A stretch of DNA of 64,000 bases from Nanobdellota archaeon (GTDB lineage: Archaea > Nanobdellota > Nanobdellia > Parvarchaeales > Parvarchaeaceae). Below are positions 40,097 to 49,884 of the stretch, in pieces (position 1 is the stretch's first letter; each line of letters starts with the position of its first letter). Location of the stretch: NCBI GenBank assembly GCA_021794235.1, contig JAJYRE010000018.1, forward strand, positions 3,441 to 67,440, written 5' to 3'. A program made the translations under genes and the position numbers. The notes beneath the pieces are model-generated. The model did not search any database. It saw only the letters and a list, made by a program, of their open reading frames with translations, and had not been told where the DNA came from.

Positions 40097-41923
40097 TCAC
40101 GGACCCTGCTTATTGTCTTCTTCCGAACCGGTTGGATTATCCTCTTGTTTCTGAGCGGGGTTTTCCTTCTGAGAATAGATCTTAGTACCTATCCTATTTA
40201 TGACCTCTATAATCTTTTCCTTATCCTGATCAAGTACGGACTTGTCCAGACTCTCATTCTTCAAATCCTCTCTTATCTTTGTTATGATCTCTTCAGCGTC
40301 TTTCTTATCCTGCTCATCAAGTTTGTCCTTGAACTCATTAAGGGTTTTTTCCAGAGAGTATGACAATGAAGACATTTCATTTCTCAGCTCTATCTTTTCC
40401 TTGACCTGTTTATCGCGTTCTTCGTTCTCCTTGGCTTCCTGCATCATTTTATCTATCTGGTCTTTTGATAGCTTGTTCGGCGCGGATATTGTTATTTTCT
40501 GCGATTTTCCGGTTGCTTTATCCTGTGCCGATACGTTGAGTATTCCATTAGCGTCGATATCAAATGTAACCTCTATCTGAGGTATACCCCTAGGCGCAGG
40601 TGGTATGCCTTCCAGATTGAAACTGCCTAGGCCGATATTGTCCTTTGCCAAAGGCCTTTCTCCCTGCAATACGTTGATTGTTACACTGGTCTGATAATCG
40701 TCAGCTGTTGAGAACACCTTGCTGCTCTTGAGTGGTATTGTACTGTTGCGCTCTATTATAGGGGTCGATACACCACCGAGTGTCTCTATGCTAAGAGTAA
40801 GCGGTGTTACATCTAGCAGTACTATATCCTTTATATCACCGGCAAGAACTGCACCTTGTATCGCTGCGCCCATAGCAACAGCTTCCATAGGATCTACGCC
40901 GTGTTCTATCTTATCACCAAATATTTTGGTCAGGAAATTTTTGACGGAAGGCATACGGGTCGGCCCACCTATCAGAATTATCTTAGATATACCGTTGTTC
41001 TCCAGTTTAGCGTCCTTCAATACGTTGTTTATAGGTTCTCGTGAACGCTCTATTATGGGGTTAACCAGATTTTCCAGAGTAGCTCTAGAGATTTTTATCT
41101 CCAAGTTCTTTGGTCCATCGGAGGTTACGGTTATGTATGGGAGATTTATATCAGTTTCCAGAACAGTCGATAGTTCTATCTTTGCCTTCTCGGCTGCATC
41201 CCTTACCCTTTGCATCGCGACTTTGTCGTTCTTCAGGTCCAAACCTGTAGTCGACTTGAAATCGTTTACTATGTAATCTATAAGGGCATTGTCCATGTCA
41301 ACGCCACCGAGCTGTACGTCACCTGAAGTAGCGAGCACCTCAAATGTGCCACCGCTTATCTCCATTAATGTGACGTCCAAAGTTCCGCCGCCTAAGTCGT
41401 ATACGAGTATCTTTACTTCGTTGGATTTGTCAAGACCATAAGCCATCGCGGCTGCGGTAGGCTCATTTATTATCCTCACAACCTCGAGACCTGCGATTTC
41501 ACCTGCGTCTTTTGTCGCTTGTCTCTGATTGTCGTTGAAGTATGCCGGAACAGTTATAACTGCCTTCTTAACCGGCGAACCTAAAAATGCTTCCGCGTCC
41601 TTTTTTATCTTCTGGAGTATGAAGGCTGATATCTGCTGAGGCGTATAGCTCTTTCCACCCATAGTATAAGTAAAGTTTGTACCCATGTTTCTCTTTGCGG
41701 CGAATATTGTATTCTGAGGGTTTGAAACAGCCTGTCTTCTAGCCGGCTCCCCGACGAGTACTTGGTTGTCCTTTGTAAATGCCACAACCGAAGGGAACAT
41801 TTTACCGGCTACAGTTGCGCCCTCTGCGCTTGGTATTATTGTAGGCTTACCGGCTATAACAACCGCGGCCTGAGAATTCGATGTACCTAAATCTATTCCT
41901 ATTATCCTTTCCTTTTCTGTCAT
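40097..41923 (-). CDS. dnaK: Chaperone DnaK (Hsp70)
   Basis: [35 protein letters not shown]. Confidence 0.99.
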   Translation of the reverse strand: MTEKERIIGIDLGTSNSQAAVVIAGKPTIIPSAEGATVAGKMFPSVVAFTKDNQVLVGEPARRQAVSNPQNTIFAAKRNMGTNFTYTMGGKSYTPQQISAFILQKIKKDAEAFLGSPVKKAVITVPAYFNDNQRQATKDAGEIAGLEVVRIINEPTAAAMAYGLDKSNEVKILVYDLGGGTLDVTLMEISGGTFEVLATSGDVQLGGVDMDNALIDYIVNDFKSTTGLDLKNDKVAMQRVRDAAEKAKIELSTVLETDINLPYITVTSDGPKNLEIKISRATLENLVNPIIERSREPINNVLKDAKLENNGISKIILIGGPTRMPSVKNFLTKIFGDKIEHGVDPMEAVAMGAAIQGAVLAGDIKDIVLLDVTPLTLSIETLGGVSTPIIERNSTIPLKSSKVFSTADDYQTSVTINVLQGERPLAKDNIGLGSFNLEGIPPAPRGIPQIEVTFDIDANGILNVSAQDKATGKSQKITISAPNKLSKDQIDKMMQEAKENEERDKQVKEKIELRNEMSSLSYSLEKTLNEFKDKLDEQDKKDAEEIITKIREDLKNESLDKSVLDQDKEKIIEVINRIGTKIYSQKENPAQKQEDNPTGSEEDNKQGP

Positions 41924-42384
41924 ATAGAAACTTTCACCTTCGGATATCTTAATACTTTTCCATTAAGCTTATATCCAGACTGTATCTCTTCGATTATTTT
42001 TCCCGGTCCATCCTCGGATTTCCCGGTCAGTATGGCTTCGGCTATGTCTGGGGAGTATTCCTCTCCTACGACATTCATTCGTTCAAGCCCGTACGAAGAG
42101 AGCAGAGAGTTCAGTGACCTAAAGAGTGCATTAAGGTCATCATCCTTCTTTATCTTTAGCACACTTTCAAAATCATCTAGTACCTTGAGCATATTGAGCA
42201 TAAATTTCTCATTTGAGTTTCTTATATAGTCGGATATCTCCCGATCTTTGGCCTTTTTGTAGTTCTCTACCTCTGCCACCAGGTAGAGGTATTTTGATTT
42301 GTAGTCTTCAGTCTTATCAGAAACGGTTTGCGTTTCTGCGGACTCTCCATAATCATTTGAATCTTCAATTACATCTTCAACCAT
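41920..42384 (-). CDS. grpE: Nucleotide exchange factor GrpE
   Basis: [23 protein letters not shown]; immediately upstream of dnaK. Confidence 0.95.
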   Translation of the reverse strand: MVEDVIEDSNDYGESAETQTVSDKTEDYKSKYLYLVAEVENYKKAKDREISDYIRNSNEKFMLNMLKVLDDFESVLKIKKDDDLNALFRSLNSLLSSYGLERMNVVGEEYSPDIAEAILTGKSEDGPGKIIEEIQSGYKLNGKVLRYPKVKVSI

Positions 42385-42429
42385 AACAACTATCTCTAAT
42401 ACCTAAGAATGTCCTTTATAAAATGCTTA

Positions 42430-42882
42430 CTATTTTTTTGATTTCTTTGACGTAGTGTCGTGTTCGGTGTGCTCGCCGGACTCGTTTGTTGCCGAGACTT
42501 TTGGTAATGGGAGTATAGAAGGTAACTGCAGCATCTTAGCAACCGACATAGCTTCAAGTATGCTTATGTTTAGACTGGCCTGAAGTATTTCTTCGGTCAC
42601 GGAAGAATCCAATTTCTTTGATTCTACCCATGTATCATATACTTTATCCATGTTCTCGCCGGTGTATATAACGAATCCGCTTATAACAACCTTGCCGATT
42701 TCTTTAGACTCTTCTGCCGTAAAAGCAGCGTCAAACTTGAATTTGAACTTAAGTATCTTAAATCTTTCATCTTTCTCTACATCTGTTACCGTTATATTGT
42801 TGGATATACCGAACTGGGTCTCTGAAGGTATCTCGTCCTCCCTGTTCGCACTTACGTTAGTTATAAGGTAATTTATTATCAT
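42430..42882 (-). CDS. Conserved archaeal protein, possible SecB-like fold
   Basis: Four beta strands then two helices ending LQLPSILPLPKV, a SecB-like layout; next to grpE. Confidence 0.55.
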   Translation of the reverse strand: MIINYLITNVSANREDEIPSETQFGISNNITVTDVEKDERFKILKFKFKFDAAFTAEESKEIGKVVISGFVIYTGENMDKVYDTWVESKKLDSSVTEEILQASLNISILEAMSVAKMLQLPSILPLPKVSATNESGEHTEHDTTSKKSKK

Positions 42883-42995
42883 AGCACTCTAAGGAAGTTA
42901 CCTTATTTAAATGTTTCTTACTATTTGGGCTGTTGCTACCAATAATTAAAGTCGTTTACTAATTTTCCATGTTTTCCCAAAAACGCTAAGAAACA

Positions 42996-43290
42996 CTACC
43001 GAAAGACACTGAAGGCATTATCCCTTGGCTGATAGCAAAATATGCCGGACTGCCCGTATGAATTTACGGTCGAGTTATACGAATAATTTGAAAACACATA
43101 GGCAGTACTAGCGTGTGTTACATTAAAAGGAGGCATAAGCTGATCCCAATAGCTATTTGAGGTAATGGTTAAACCATTATTTACATGATATGAAAAATTA
43201 TATGTAGCCAAATAACCAAAATCTAAAATTTTCCACCCTTTCGGTAAGCAGTAAAACTGGGAATGCGAGATGACGGATATAAGGGACTAC
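42996..43290 (-). pseudogene. Remnant of a surface protein gene resembling the DUF2341-type pilin at 55979..57481
   Basis: Start-less frame QFYCLPKGW...FSYHVNNGLTIT resembles FVGTGLPSGW..GYSINNGLSL of the 500-aa protein. Confidence 0.45.
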
Positions 43291-43448
43291 TTTAGACCAA
43301 GGCATTTCCATAGTAATAATTGGCTTTTTTATATAAACCTAAGTAACAATAATTTGTTATCTAGGTTAACACCAAAAAAGTGTCGTTTAACCCTAATTAA
43401 TAATGTTATTTCGATGAACCAAAATCGGAACTCAGAAAAAATAAAACT

Positions 43449-43497
43449 TCAATCCTGTTTATAGTGCCTTCGATAATGTTCCTGCTCCACAAGTATA
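43449..43497 (+). repeat. 49-bp direct repeat, copy 1 (copy of the MMPL 3' end)
   Basis: TCAATCCTGTTTATAGTGCCTTCGATAATGTTCCTGCTcCACAAgTATA matches 46619..46667 at 47 of 49 nt. Confidence 0.92.
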
Positions 43498-43605
43498 GAT
43501 GATGATAGCGTATGAAGAAATGAACCTGGGGCATGAACGACCTCGTAGAGGTCCTCCGATAATATAAACAGCCCATGTATCACGTTCATCGTAAACTATG
43601 CCTAT

Positions 43606-43635
43606 CACCTTAACCACTTTAAGCTTGTTAAGGTG
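43606..43635. repeat. Perfect 9-bp inverted repeat with 12-nt spacer
   Basis: CACCTTAAC-N12-GTTAAGGTG about 60 nt upstream of the MBL hydrolase ATG. Confidence 0.7.
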
Positions 43636-43693
43636 GTGTTCGCTCATAAGATCCGAGACAAATATTATTATAGCTGGCAGTGCTAATCATTTA

Positions 43694-44356
43694 ATGGAGT
43701 ATAAGGGTTTGAAGATAGACTGGCTGCACCATGACTGTTTTAGAGTGTCTGGGAAGAGGGCAGTCATATATACGGATCCGTATAAGATAATTAAAAGATA
43801 CAACGATGCAGACATAGTTCTGATAACCCACGACCACTTTGATCACCTTAGTCTTGATGATATTGAAAAGGTTGTTAACGACAAGACTATCCTTGTTGCT
43901 CCAAAGGACTGCACGGGTAAATTAGATGAACTAAAAAACAGGAAGGTTTTTGTAGAACCGAACGAGATTAAGATAATTGGTGATGTGTCGATAAAGACCG
44001 TACCATCCTACAATACGAACAAATTCAGGGACGGAAAAGAGGTTTTTCATCCAAGAGATAAAGGAAACGTGGGGTATGTGTTCATGGTTGACGGAGTCAA
44101 AGTCTATATAGCAGGAGACACGGACCATATACCTGAGATGCAGGATATACGCACCGACATAGCGCTGCTGCCAGTCAGCGGAAAATACGTAATGACTGCC
44201 AAGGAAGCTGCTGAAGCTGCTGCCGATATAAATGCCGATGTCAGCATTCCTGCGCACTACGGCTCGGAAATAGGGGAAATGAAGGATGCCGAGCAATTCG
44301 TTAAACTTCTAAACGGACAGCTGACTGCAAAAATACTAAAATCGATAGATATTTAG
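43694..44356 (+). CDS. Metallo-beta-lactamase-fold hydrolase (UPF0173/UlaG-like)
   Basis: WLHHDCF, TDPY, ITHDHFDH, YIAGDT, IPAHYG; start taken at ATG 43694. Confidence 0.92.
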   Translation: MEYKGLKIDWLHHDCFRVSGKRAVIYTDPYKIIKRYNDADIVLITHDHFDHLSLDDIEKVVNDKTILVAPKDCTGKLDELKNRKVFVEPNEIKIIGDVSIKTVPSYNTNKFRDGKEVFHPRDKGNVGYVFMVDGVKVYIAGDTDHIPEMQDIRTDIALLPVSGKYVMTAKEAAEAAADINADVSIPAHYGSEIGEMKDAEQFVKLLNGQLTAKILKSIDI

Positions 44357-44398
44357 AGAAGAAACTACGCTTAAGGGTATTAGTGGAAATTTTATCGT

Positions 44399-46708
44399 AT
44401 GAACATTGATATCCGAAAACTTGGTAATTTTGTAGACGGGCATTATAAAGGGATAATACTTGCCTGGATTATAGTTTTTATCGTCTCAACATTCTTTGCA
44501 TCGCACCTGTTTAGCCTGATATCTTACAACATAACAAACTCCCCACAGAATTCTAGCGATAACAGCGTGCAGTTGGCAGTGATAGTCGGGAACAATATAT
44601 ACTCGAATAGCACAAGGTCGTTTTTCAGCGAAATATCCGGAGGGTTCACATACAGAAATATTACTTCGATATACTCGATAGAATACGGCGTTCTAAACTC
44701 GACTTACAACGAGATATCAAATATATCTAGACCTGCTCTGATGCAGGCGTATTCCAGATACAACCTTACCCCGGAAACTGTACCGGCTTACCTGAACGAA
44801 ACGATAATTGCAGGCGTTGCAAAAAACATACAATACGGGCTGAACTCCAGTGGACTGGTGCTTGAGAATAATTCGCTTTCGTTTATAGAGGGCGTAATCA
44901 AAGGATATACCAACTCGACTCCGAGGTATATAATTGACAATTATAATTTCTACAGATACCCTGTTGCACCCAATCAAAGTGCAACCTCAACCATTGTCAA
45001 TGGGAACCATAACACTACTATAGTTATAATAAACAATTCAAATTATTCATCTGTAAACGCATACATAAACAATGTTGCAAACCATTACAAACTCACACCT
45101 TACGTATCCGGCTCTACAGGATTGAGTTCAAACATAGAAACAGAGAGCAACAAAGGCACTATTCTGGCGATAATTATTGGGATAATAATGGTTATAGTGG
45201 TTACCGGGTTCATATTCAAGTCGCCGGTAGCGGCCTTTATACCGCTCATTATATTTGGTATAGATCTTACGATAGCATTTTCAATATTCTACGCCATTTA
45301 CAATTTCATACTTCACACTACTATATCGTTCTTCGATCCTGCACTTACGGCTATATTGATGCTCGGAATATCTACGGACTATCTTGTCTACATGCTTTAC
45401 AGGTTCAAGCAGGAGCTAAAGACAAACCATAGAGAAAGCGTAAAGGCGAGCGTAAGCGGGGCAGGATCCGCGATAGCGGTCAGTGGAATAACTGTAATCC
45501 TTGCGTATGTGATACTATCGATCTTCAACTTCCCATTCTTGGGCTCCACGGGTGTGCTGAACTCCATAGGGGTACTTATAGTACTTATATCAGCAGTAAC
45601 ACTGATGCCAGCCGTGCTCGTAGCATTCGGCAAGAAGATTTTCTACCCTAACATCAAGGGAGGAAAGAGCATTGAGGGGGCATTCAGAAGGATAGCAAAA
45701 TTTGACTATAGGAATAGATACGCGATAGTTATCGTCTTTACAGTAATAGTACTCCTGTCTGTATATCTTTTCGTGACATACAAGCCAGGAATGAACTTCC
45801 TCGGACTGCTGCCAAATTCGCAGGCCAAACAGGCGTTTTATGTTGCGACAAATAACTTTGGGTTTGACCCGCTGAGCCCTATAGTGATAAATTCTAGCAG
45901 TCTTGCGCATCAAGGTAATTCAAACATAACATACACTGTGAATACCACAAAAATCCTGGATGGGATAAATTCGATAAACGGTGTGGCGTTTTCAACGTTT
46001 TCCGGCTCGAATAATTCGTTTGAGATAACCGCTTATCTTAAGAACATGGGATTTACAACGGCCGCAACCGACACGTATACGAAAATGAACGACTACTTGG
46101 CTTCTCAAAATCTTAGTTATAACGTAACTGGACTCCAGGTTTTCCTCGGCAACTCCGCAAACAGCATGAATAGCTCTACACCCGTCCTTATACTGGCTTT
46201 GGGTGCGATGATATTCTTTGTACTGATGGCTCTGCTTATTTCACTGTATACACCGCTCAGGCTTGTGCTCCTCATAATATCAAATCTTATACTGGCCAAT
46301 GCCGTCACAATCATAATATTCCACTATCTTTTTACCCTCCCTTTTATATCAATAGCCCAGGTTTTCCTGATAAGTACAATTATGGGGGTCGGTGTAGACT
46401 ATGACATCTTCCTAGTAATGCGCGTAAGGGAGCACGTTAAAGCAGGCAAAAGCAGCCTGGAAGCTATAACAGAAGGCCTTGGGAAGAGCGGACCCGTAAT
46501 AGTCGCAATAGGTACCATATTTGCGATAGTATTTATGTCACTTGTTGCCACCGGAATACCCGTAATAGCCGAGATAGGGTTCATAGTCGCGATGGCGATA
46601 ATCATAGACTCGATATTATCAATCCTGTTTATAGTGCCTTCGATAATGTTCCTGCTTCACAAATATAATTGGTGGCCAGGCCTGAAGAGATATAGTCGAA
46701 AAGAATGA
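44399..46708 (+). CDS. MMPL/RND-family transporter
   Basis: Two TM modules with GISTDY.....RFKQE and GVGVDYDIFLV.RVRE; large glycosylation-rich loops. Confidence 0.93.
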   Translation: MNIDIRKLGNFVDGHYKGIILAWIIVFIVSTFFASHLFSLISYNITNSPQNSSDNSVQLAVIVGNNIYSNSTRSFFSEISGGFTYRNITSIYSIEYGVLNSTYNEISNISRPALMQAYSRYNLTPETVPAYLNETIIAGVAKNIQYGLNSSGLVLENNSLSFIEGVIKGYTNSTPRYIIDNYNFYRYPVAPNQSATSTIVNGNHNTTIVIINNSNYSSVNAYINNVANHYKLTPYVSGSTGLSSNIETESNKGTILAIIIGIIMVIVVTGFIFKSPVAAFIPLIIFGIDLTIAFSIFYAIYNFILHTTISFFDPALTAILMLGISTDYLVYMLYRFKQELKTNHRESVKASVSGAGSAIAVSGITVILAYVILSIFNFPFLGSTGVLNSIGVLIVLISAVTLMPAVLVAFGKKIFYPNIKGGKSIEGAFRRIAKFDYRNRYAIVIVFTVIVLLSVYLFVTYKPGMNFLGLLPNSQAKQAFYVATNNFGFDPLSPIVINSSSLAHQGNSNITYTVNTTKILDGINSINGVAFSTFSGSNNSFEITAYLKNMGFTTAATDTYTKMNDYLASQNLSYNVTGLQVFLGNSANSMNSSTPVLILALGAMIFFVLMALLISLYTPLRLVLLIISNLILANAVTIIIFHYLFTLPFISIAQVFLISTIMGVGVDYDIFLVMRVREHVKAGKSSLEAITEGLGKSGPVIVAIGTIFAIVFMSLVATGIPVIAEIGFIVAMAIIIDSILSILFIVPSIMFLLHKYNWWPGLKRYSRKE
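46619..46667 (+). repeat. 49-bp direct repeat, copy 2 (inside the MMPL 3' end)
   Basis: Matches 43449..43497, offset 3170 nt. Confidence 0.92.
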
Positions 46709-46718
46709 ACAAAAAAGA

Positions 46719-46726
46719 TTTATATA
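46719..46726 (+). promoter_or_regulatory. Putative BRE/TATA promoter for rps8e
   Basis: AAAAAAGA followed by TTTATATA, 25-32 nt upstream of the ATG. Confidence 0.55.
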
Positions 46727-46750
46727 CGCTAAATTAATTAAAATAAGATT

Positions 46751-47152
46751 ATGGCAAAAAGCACAGCACCTACGCTGAAAAAGAGAACCGGCGGATTTAA
46801 GGGAAAACTTAGGGATAAGAGGAAATACGAGAGTGTAGGCCTATCAGTACCGCTTCAGGTGGGTGAAAAGAGGATAAAGTCAGAAAGAACACTTGGTGGG
46901 AACTCAAAGGTTATATCTCTCCAGCTTAAAGAGGGAAACATGTACGATTCCGATTCTAAGAAGTTCACTAAAGTAGAACTTTTAAGAGTGGTAGAGAACA
47001 AATCAAACAGGTCATATGCCAGAAGAAACATAATAACTAAGGGGGCAGTAGTAGAGACGAATCAAGGCAAAGCGGTAGTGACCAACAGGCCCGGTAAAAG
47101 CGGACAAGTAACACTTCTAAAGTTTAAACCTGAGCAAAAAGAACTTAAATAA
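46751..47152 (+). CDS. rps8e: 30S ribosomal protein S8e
   Basis: KRTGG..., RTLGGN.K, VVENKSN..YARRNIITKGAVVET..G.A.VTNRPG. Confidence 0.96.
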   Translation: MAKSTAPTLKKRTGGFKGKLRDKRKYESVGLSVPLQVGEKRIKSERTLGGNSKVISLQLKEGNMYDSDSKKFTKVELLRVVENKSNRSYARRNIITKGAVVETNQGKAVVTNRPGKSGQVTLLKFKPEQKELK

Positions 47153-47183
47153 GACGCTGCTAGTGAGTTATATCTGTTTAAGT

Positions 47184-47948
47184 ATGGGTGTACTAAATAA
47201 GTTCGTGGACTTTATAAAAGGGGACAGAACGGTCAAGTCGATAAAGGAAAAAGACCATTACCTTACCATAACAGAAAATTTTAGCGATAGAAGCCTGAAG
47301 TTCAACGGTATAACTTATTCCAGACTAAATAACAATAGTATATACACCGGATCGTACTGGGACTATTTTACACCGCTGCCGTCACTGTATGAAAACCCTA
47401 GCATACTCATGATAGGGCTCGGAGGCGGGACCATATATCATCAGCTTAAAAAAATATATGGAAAAGATGTTGATATAAGAGTTGTTGAGATTAGTGAGAA
47501 GGTTATAAATCTGGCAGAGGATTTCCTCGGATACAATTTCAACAAAAGCGATATAATAGTGGACGACGGTTCGAAAGTTGTTAAGAGGGAAAAGGACAGA
47601 TACGATGTTGTAATACTTGATGCATACAATGAAACTTACATTCCGAAGGCATTCTTAACGGATAGTTTTATAGAAGACAGTTTTGAGGCACTGAAAGATA
47701 GCGGAATACTCGCCATAAACTTCGCACTAAGCGCAAAAAATATGATTTATTACAACAGGTACCTTAACATGCTCGGCAAACATTTTAAAGTTTATAGGAT
47801 TTCAAATGGAAACCTGCTAGGAAATGTTATAATACTATGCACAAAGAAGATGGATAAAAATGAGATAAACAAGAGAATACATGAAAGATATGAGAATGTG
47901 TCCGAAAATAAGCATGTTATTGATGGGTATCTTTCTATGAGAAACTGA
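47184..47948 (+). CDS. Spermidine synthase-like SAM-dependent methyltransferase
   Basis: ILMIGLGGG, VVEIS, YDVVILDAY; start taken at ATG 47184. Confidence 0.8.
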   Translation: MGVLNKFVDFIKGDRTVKSIKEKDHYLTITENFSDRSLKFNGITYSRLNNNSIYTGSYWDYFTPLPSLYENPSILMIGLGGGTIYHQLKKIYGKDVDIRVVEISEKVINLAEDFLGYNFNKSDIIVDDGSKVVKREKDRYDVVILDAYNETYIPKAFLTDSFIEDSFEALKDSGILAINFALSAKNMIYYNRYLNMLGKHFKVYRISNGNLLGNVIILCTKKMDKNEINKRIHERYENVSENKHVIDGYLSMRN

Positions 47949-47951
47949 GAT

Positions 47952-48389
47952 TTAAACGTCAAGAACAACAGTAGCTGCAAAAAGATCATCTTTTTTCTTA
48001 ACTGAGAATCTGTGCATAGAGACTGCCTTCACATCTTCAATCAATGAATCGCCAAAGCTGGATATCTCATCGCCATTGGCATCTACATCCAATTTAAACA
48101 GCCCCCTCTCCTTTTTTACATCGAGCTTAAATTCCCCCAGCAGCAACATTTCCGAGTCCTTTATAAAAATCAGTTCAGACAAGAACTTGAATAGGAGGGA
48201 TTCTATATTTTCGGCTTCCAATGAAAATTTAAAGTTCCTGCCGAAAGCTTTGTGCTGTTTTTCCTTCAGATTAACCTGGACATTAAAAAGTGCCATTCCG
48301 CTGCTTGCGAGAAGCTCTTCAACGGTTTTGCCAGAGGCTTCAAACGCCATGTCTGCGCTAGTAATATCATCTAGGAACCTGTATGCCAT
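47952..48389 (-). CDS. Archease
   Basis: YRFLD...ADM, FLSELIF, VKAVSMH, VVLDV; coupled to rtcB. Confidence 0.94.
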   Translation of the reverse strand: MAYRFLDDITSADMAFEASGKTVEELLASSGMALFNVQVNLKEKQHKAFGRNFKFSLEAENIESLLFKFLSELIFIKDSEMLLLGEFKLDVKKERGLFKLDVDANGDEISSFGDSLIEDVKAVSMHRFSVKKKDDLFAATVVLDV

Positions 48390-49843
48390 TATCCCTTTAT
48401 ATTTCCGATCGGACTAAATCTCGCGACTTTTCTGGATATGTCTAAATTATCTACTGTTTCGACTACGTCATCTACTTGTTTGTAAGCACCGCCTGCTTCC
48501 TCAGCAAGCCCTGAAAGTGACGCGCTGTCTACGTAGATCCTTCTCTTTAACATATTCTCTTTTATCACTTTTCCATCATACTCGCGCCTAGCCTGACTCC
48601 TGCTCATCACCCTCCCTGCACCGTGGACAGTCGAACAGAAAGTACTTTTAGCGCCTTCGCTACCTACAAGAAGAAAACTGGATGTTTCCATGCTGCCCCC
48701 GATAAGAACGGGTGAACCGAATTTTCTGTAGGCTGCTGGTATCTCCGGTCTGCCGGGATAATAGCTTGCGGTAGCACCCTTCCTGTGCACCAGTACCTGC
48801 TTTTCTCTGCTATCAAGCCGGTGTTTTTCCAGGGTCGCCCTGTTGTGAGCTACTTCGTATACCGTCTCCATACCAAGTTTTTCCGGGTCTTTCTTGAATA
48901 CCCTGCTGAAAACCTCATTGACTTTGCTGGCTATCACTTGCCTGTTTGCAAAAGAGATGTTAACACCGCACCCCATGGCCTTGTAATAATCCTGTCCATC
49001 ATTTGAGTAAAAAGGTGCGCATGCTAGTTCTCTATCCTCTATTTTTATCCCGTATTTGCTAGTCATCGAGCTTAGAAATGTCTGAAGGTAGTCAGTAGCT
49101 ATCTGATGGCCACCGCCTCTGGAGCCTGTATGGAACATGATGACCACCTGATTCTCAAACAGACCGAATTTATCTGCTGTTTTTTTATCAAAAATGTCAT
49201 TCTTCTTTATATATTGTATCTCCAGATAATGATTCCCCGAACCAAGTGTACCTATCTGCGACCTGCCTCTGGAGATCACCTTATTGGATATTTTTGAAGA
49301 ATCCGCCCAATCGGCCCTTCCGCCGAGTTCTATGTGTTTCAGGTCTTTCTTGGTGCCGAATCCCTTTTCTACGGCCCATACTGTACCTCCCTCTGCCATC
49401 TCCTTAAACTCTGTATCACTCAGTTTATACTTTGACGAAGCTCCGACACCGGAAGGCACCTCCTTAAAAAGACCGGTCACCAGCTCCTTTATCTTGTCAC
49501 GAACTTCGTCGTATATGAGATCGGTTTTGATAAGCCTTACCCCGCAGTTTATATCGAAGCCTATTCCACCAGGGGAGATTACACCGCCGTCATCTACATC
49601 GAAAGCGGCCACTCCTCCTATCGGAAACCCGTATCCGCTGTGCCCGTCCGGCATAACGTATGAGTAGTTTATTATCCCTGGCAGTGTAGCCACATTTGCC
49701 GCCTGTGTAAAAACCTGCTCGTCCATCTCGTCAAATATCCTTTTGGAGCCGAGTATGCGTATAGGGACTTTCATACCCTTTCTGAAACTTTTAGGTATCT
49801 CCCTGGTAAATTCATCTATCTTTTTTACAGATTTGGCTTCCAT
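48389..49843 (-). CDS. rtcB: RNA-splicing ligase RtcB
   Basis: MPDGHSGYGFPIGG, GFDINCG, GSGNHYLE, HTGSRG, HRKGAT, HGAGR. Confidence 0.98.
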   Translation of the reverse strand: MEAKSVKKIDEFTREIPKSFRKGMKVPIRILGSKRIFDEMDEQVFTQAANVATLPGIINYSYVMPDGHSGYGFPIGGVAAFDVDDGGVISPGGIGFDINCGVRLIKTDLIYDEVRDKIKELVTGLFKEVPSGVGASSKYKLSDTEFKEMAEGGTVWAVEKGFGTKKDLKHIELGGRADWADSSKISNKVISRGRSQIGTLGSGNHYLEIQYIKKNDIFDKKTADKFGLFENQVVIMFHTGSRGGGHQIATDYLQTFLSSMTSKYGIKIEDRELACAPFYSNDGQDYYKAMGCGVNISFANRQVIASKVNEVFSRVFKKDPEKLGMETVYEVAHNRATLEKHRLDSREKQVLVHRKGATASYYPGRPEIPAAYRKFGSPVLIGGSMETSSFLLVGSEGAKSTFCSTVHGAGRVMSRSQARREYDGKVIKENMLKRRIYVDSASLSGLAEEAGGAYKQVDDVVETVDNLDISRKVARFSPIGNIKG

Positions 49844-49884
49844 GTGCGAAATAAATATTAAATGTGATGATACACAATAAAGGT

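Noticed and set aside
43497-43508. TGA TGA aligned to TGG TGG, suggesting TGA-to-Trp recoding
   Set aside because: TGA is used as a normal stop by many genes in the window and Trp is encoded by TGG; this is decay of a non-coding copy.
43459-43647. 62-aa minus-strand ORF MSEHHLNK...
   Set aside because: No recognisable family, and it runs antisense into the MMPL-derived repeat; cannot be supported as a gene.
43449-46667. Repeat pair as a diversity-generating retroelement TR/VR
   Set aside because: No reverse transcriptase in the window, only two synonymous mismatches, and the target is a transporter TM helix.
47952-49843. rtcB-archease as a novel RNA repair or defence system
   Set aside because: Well-known archaeal tRNA ligase pair; no toxin or sensor genes adjacent, and the four tRNAs here are intron-less.
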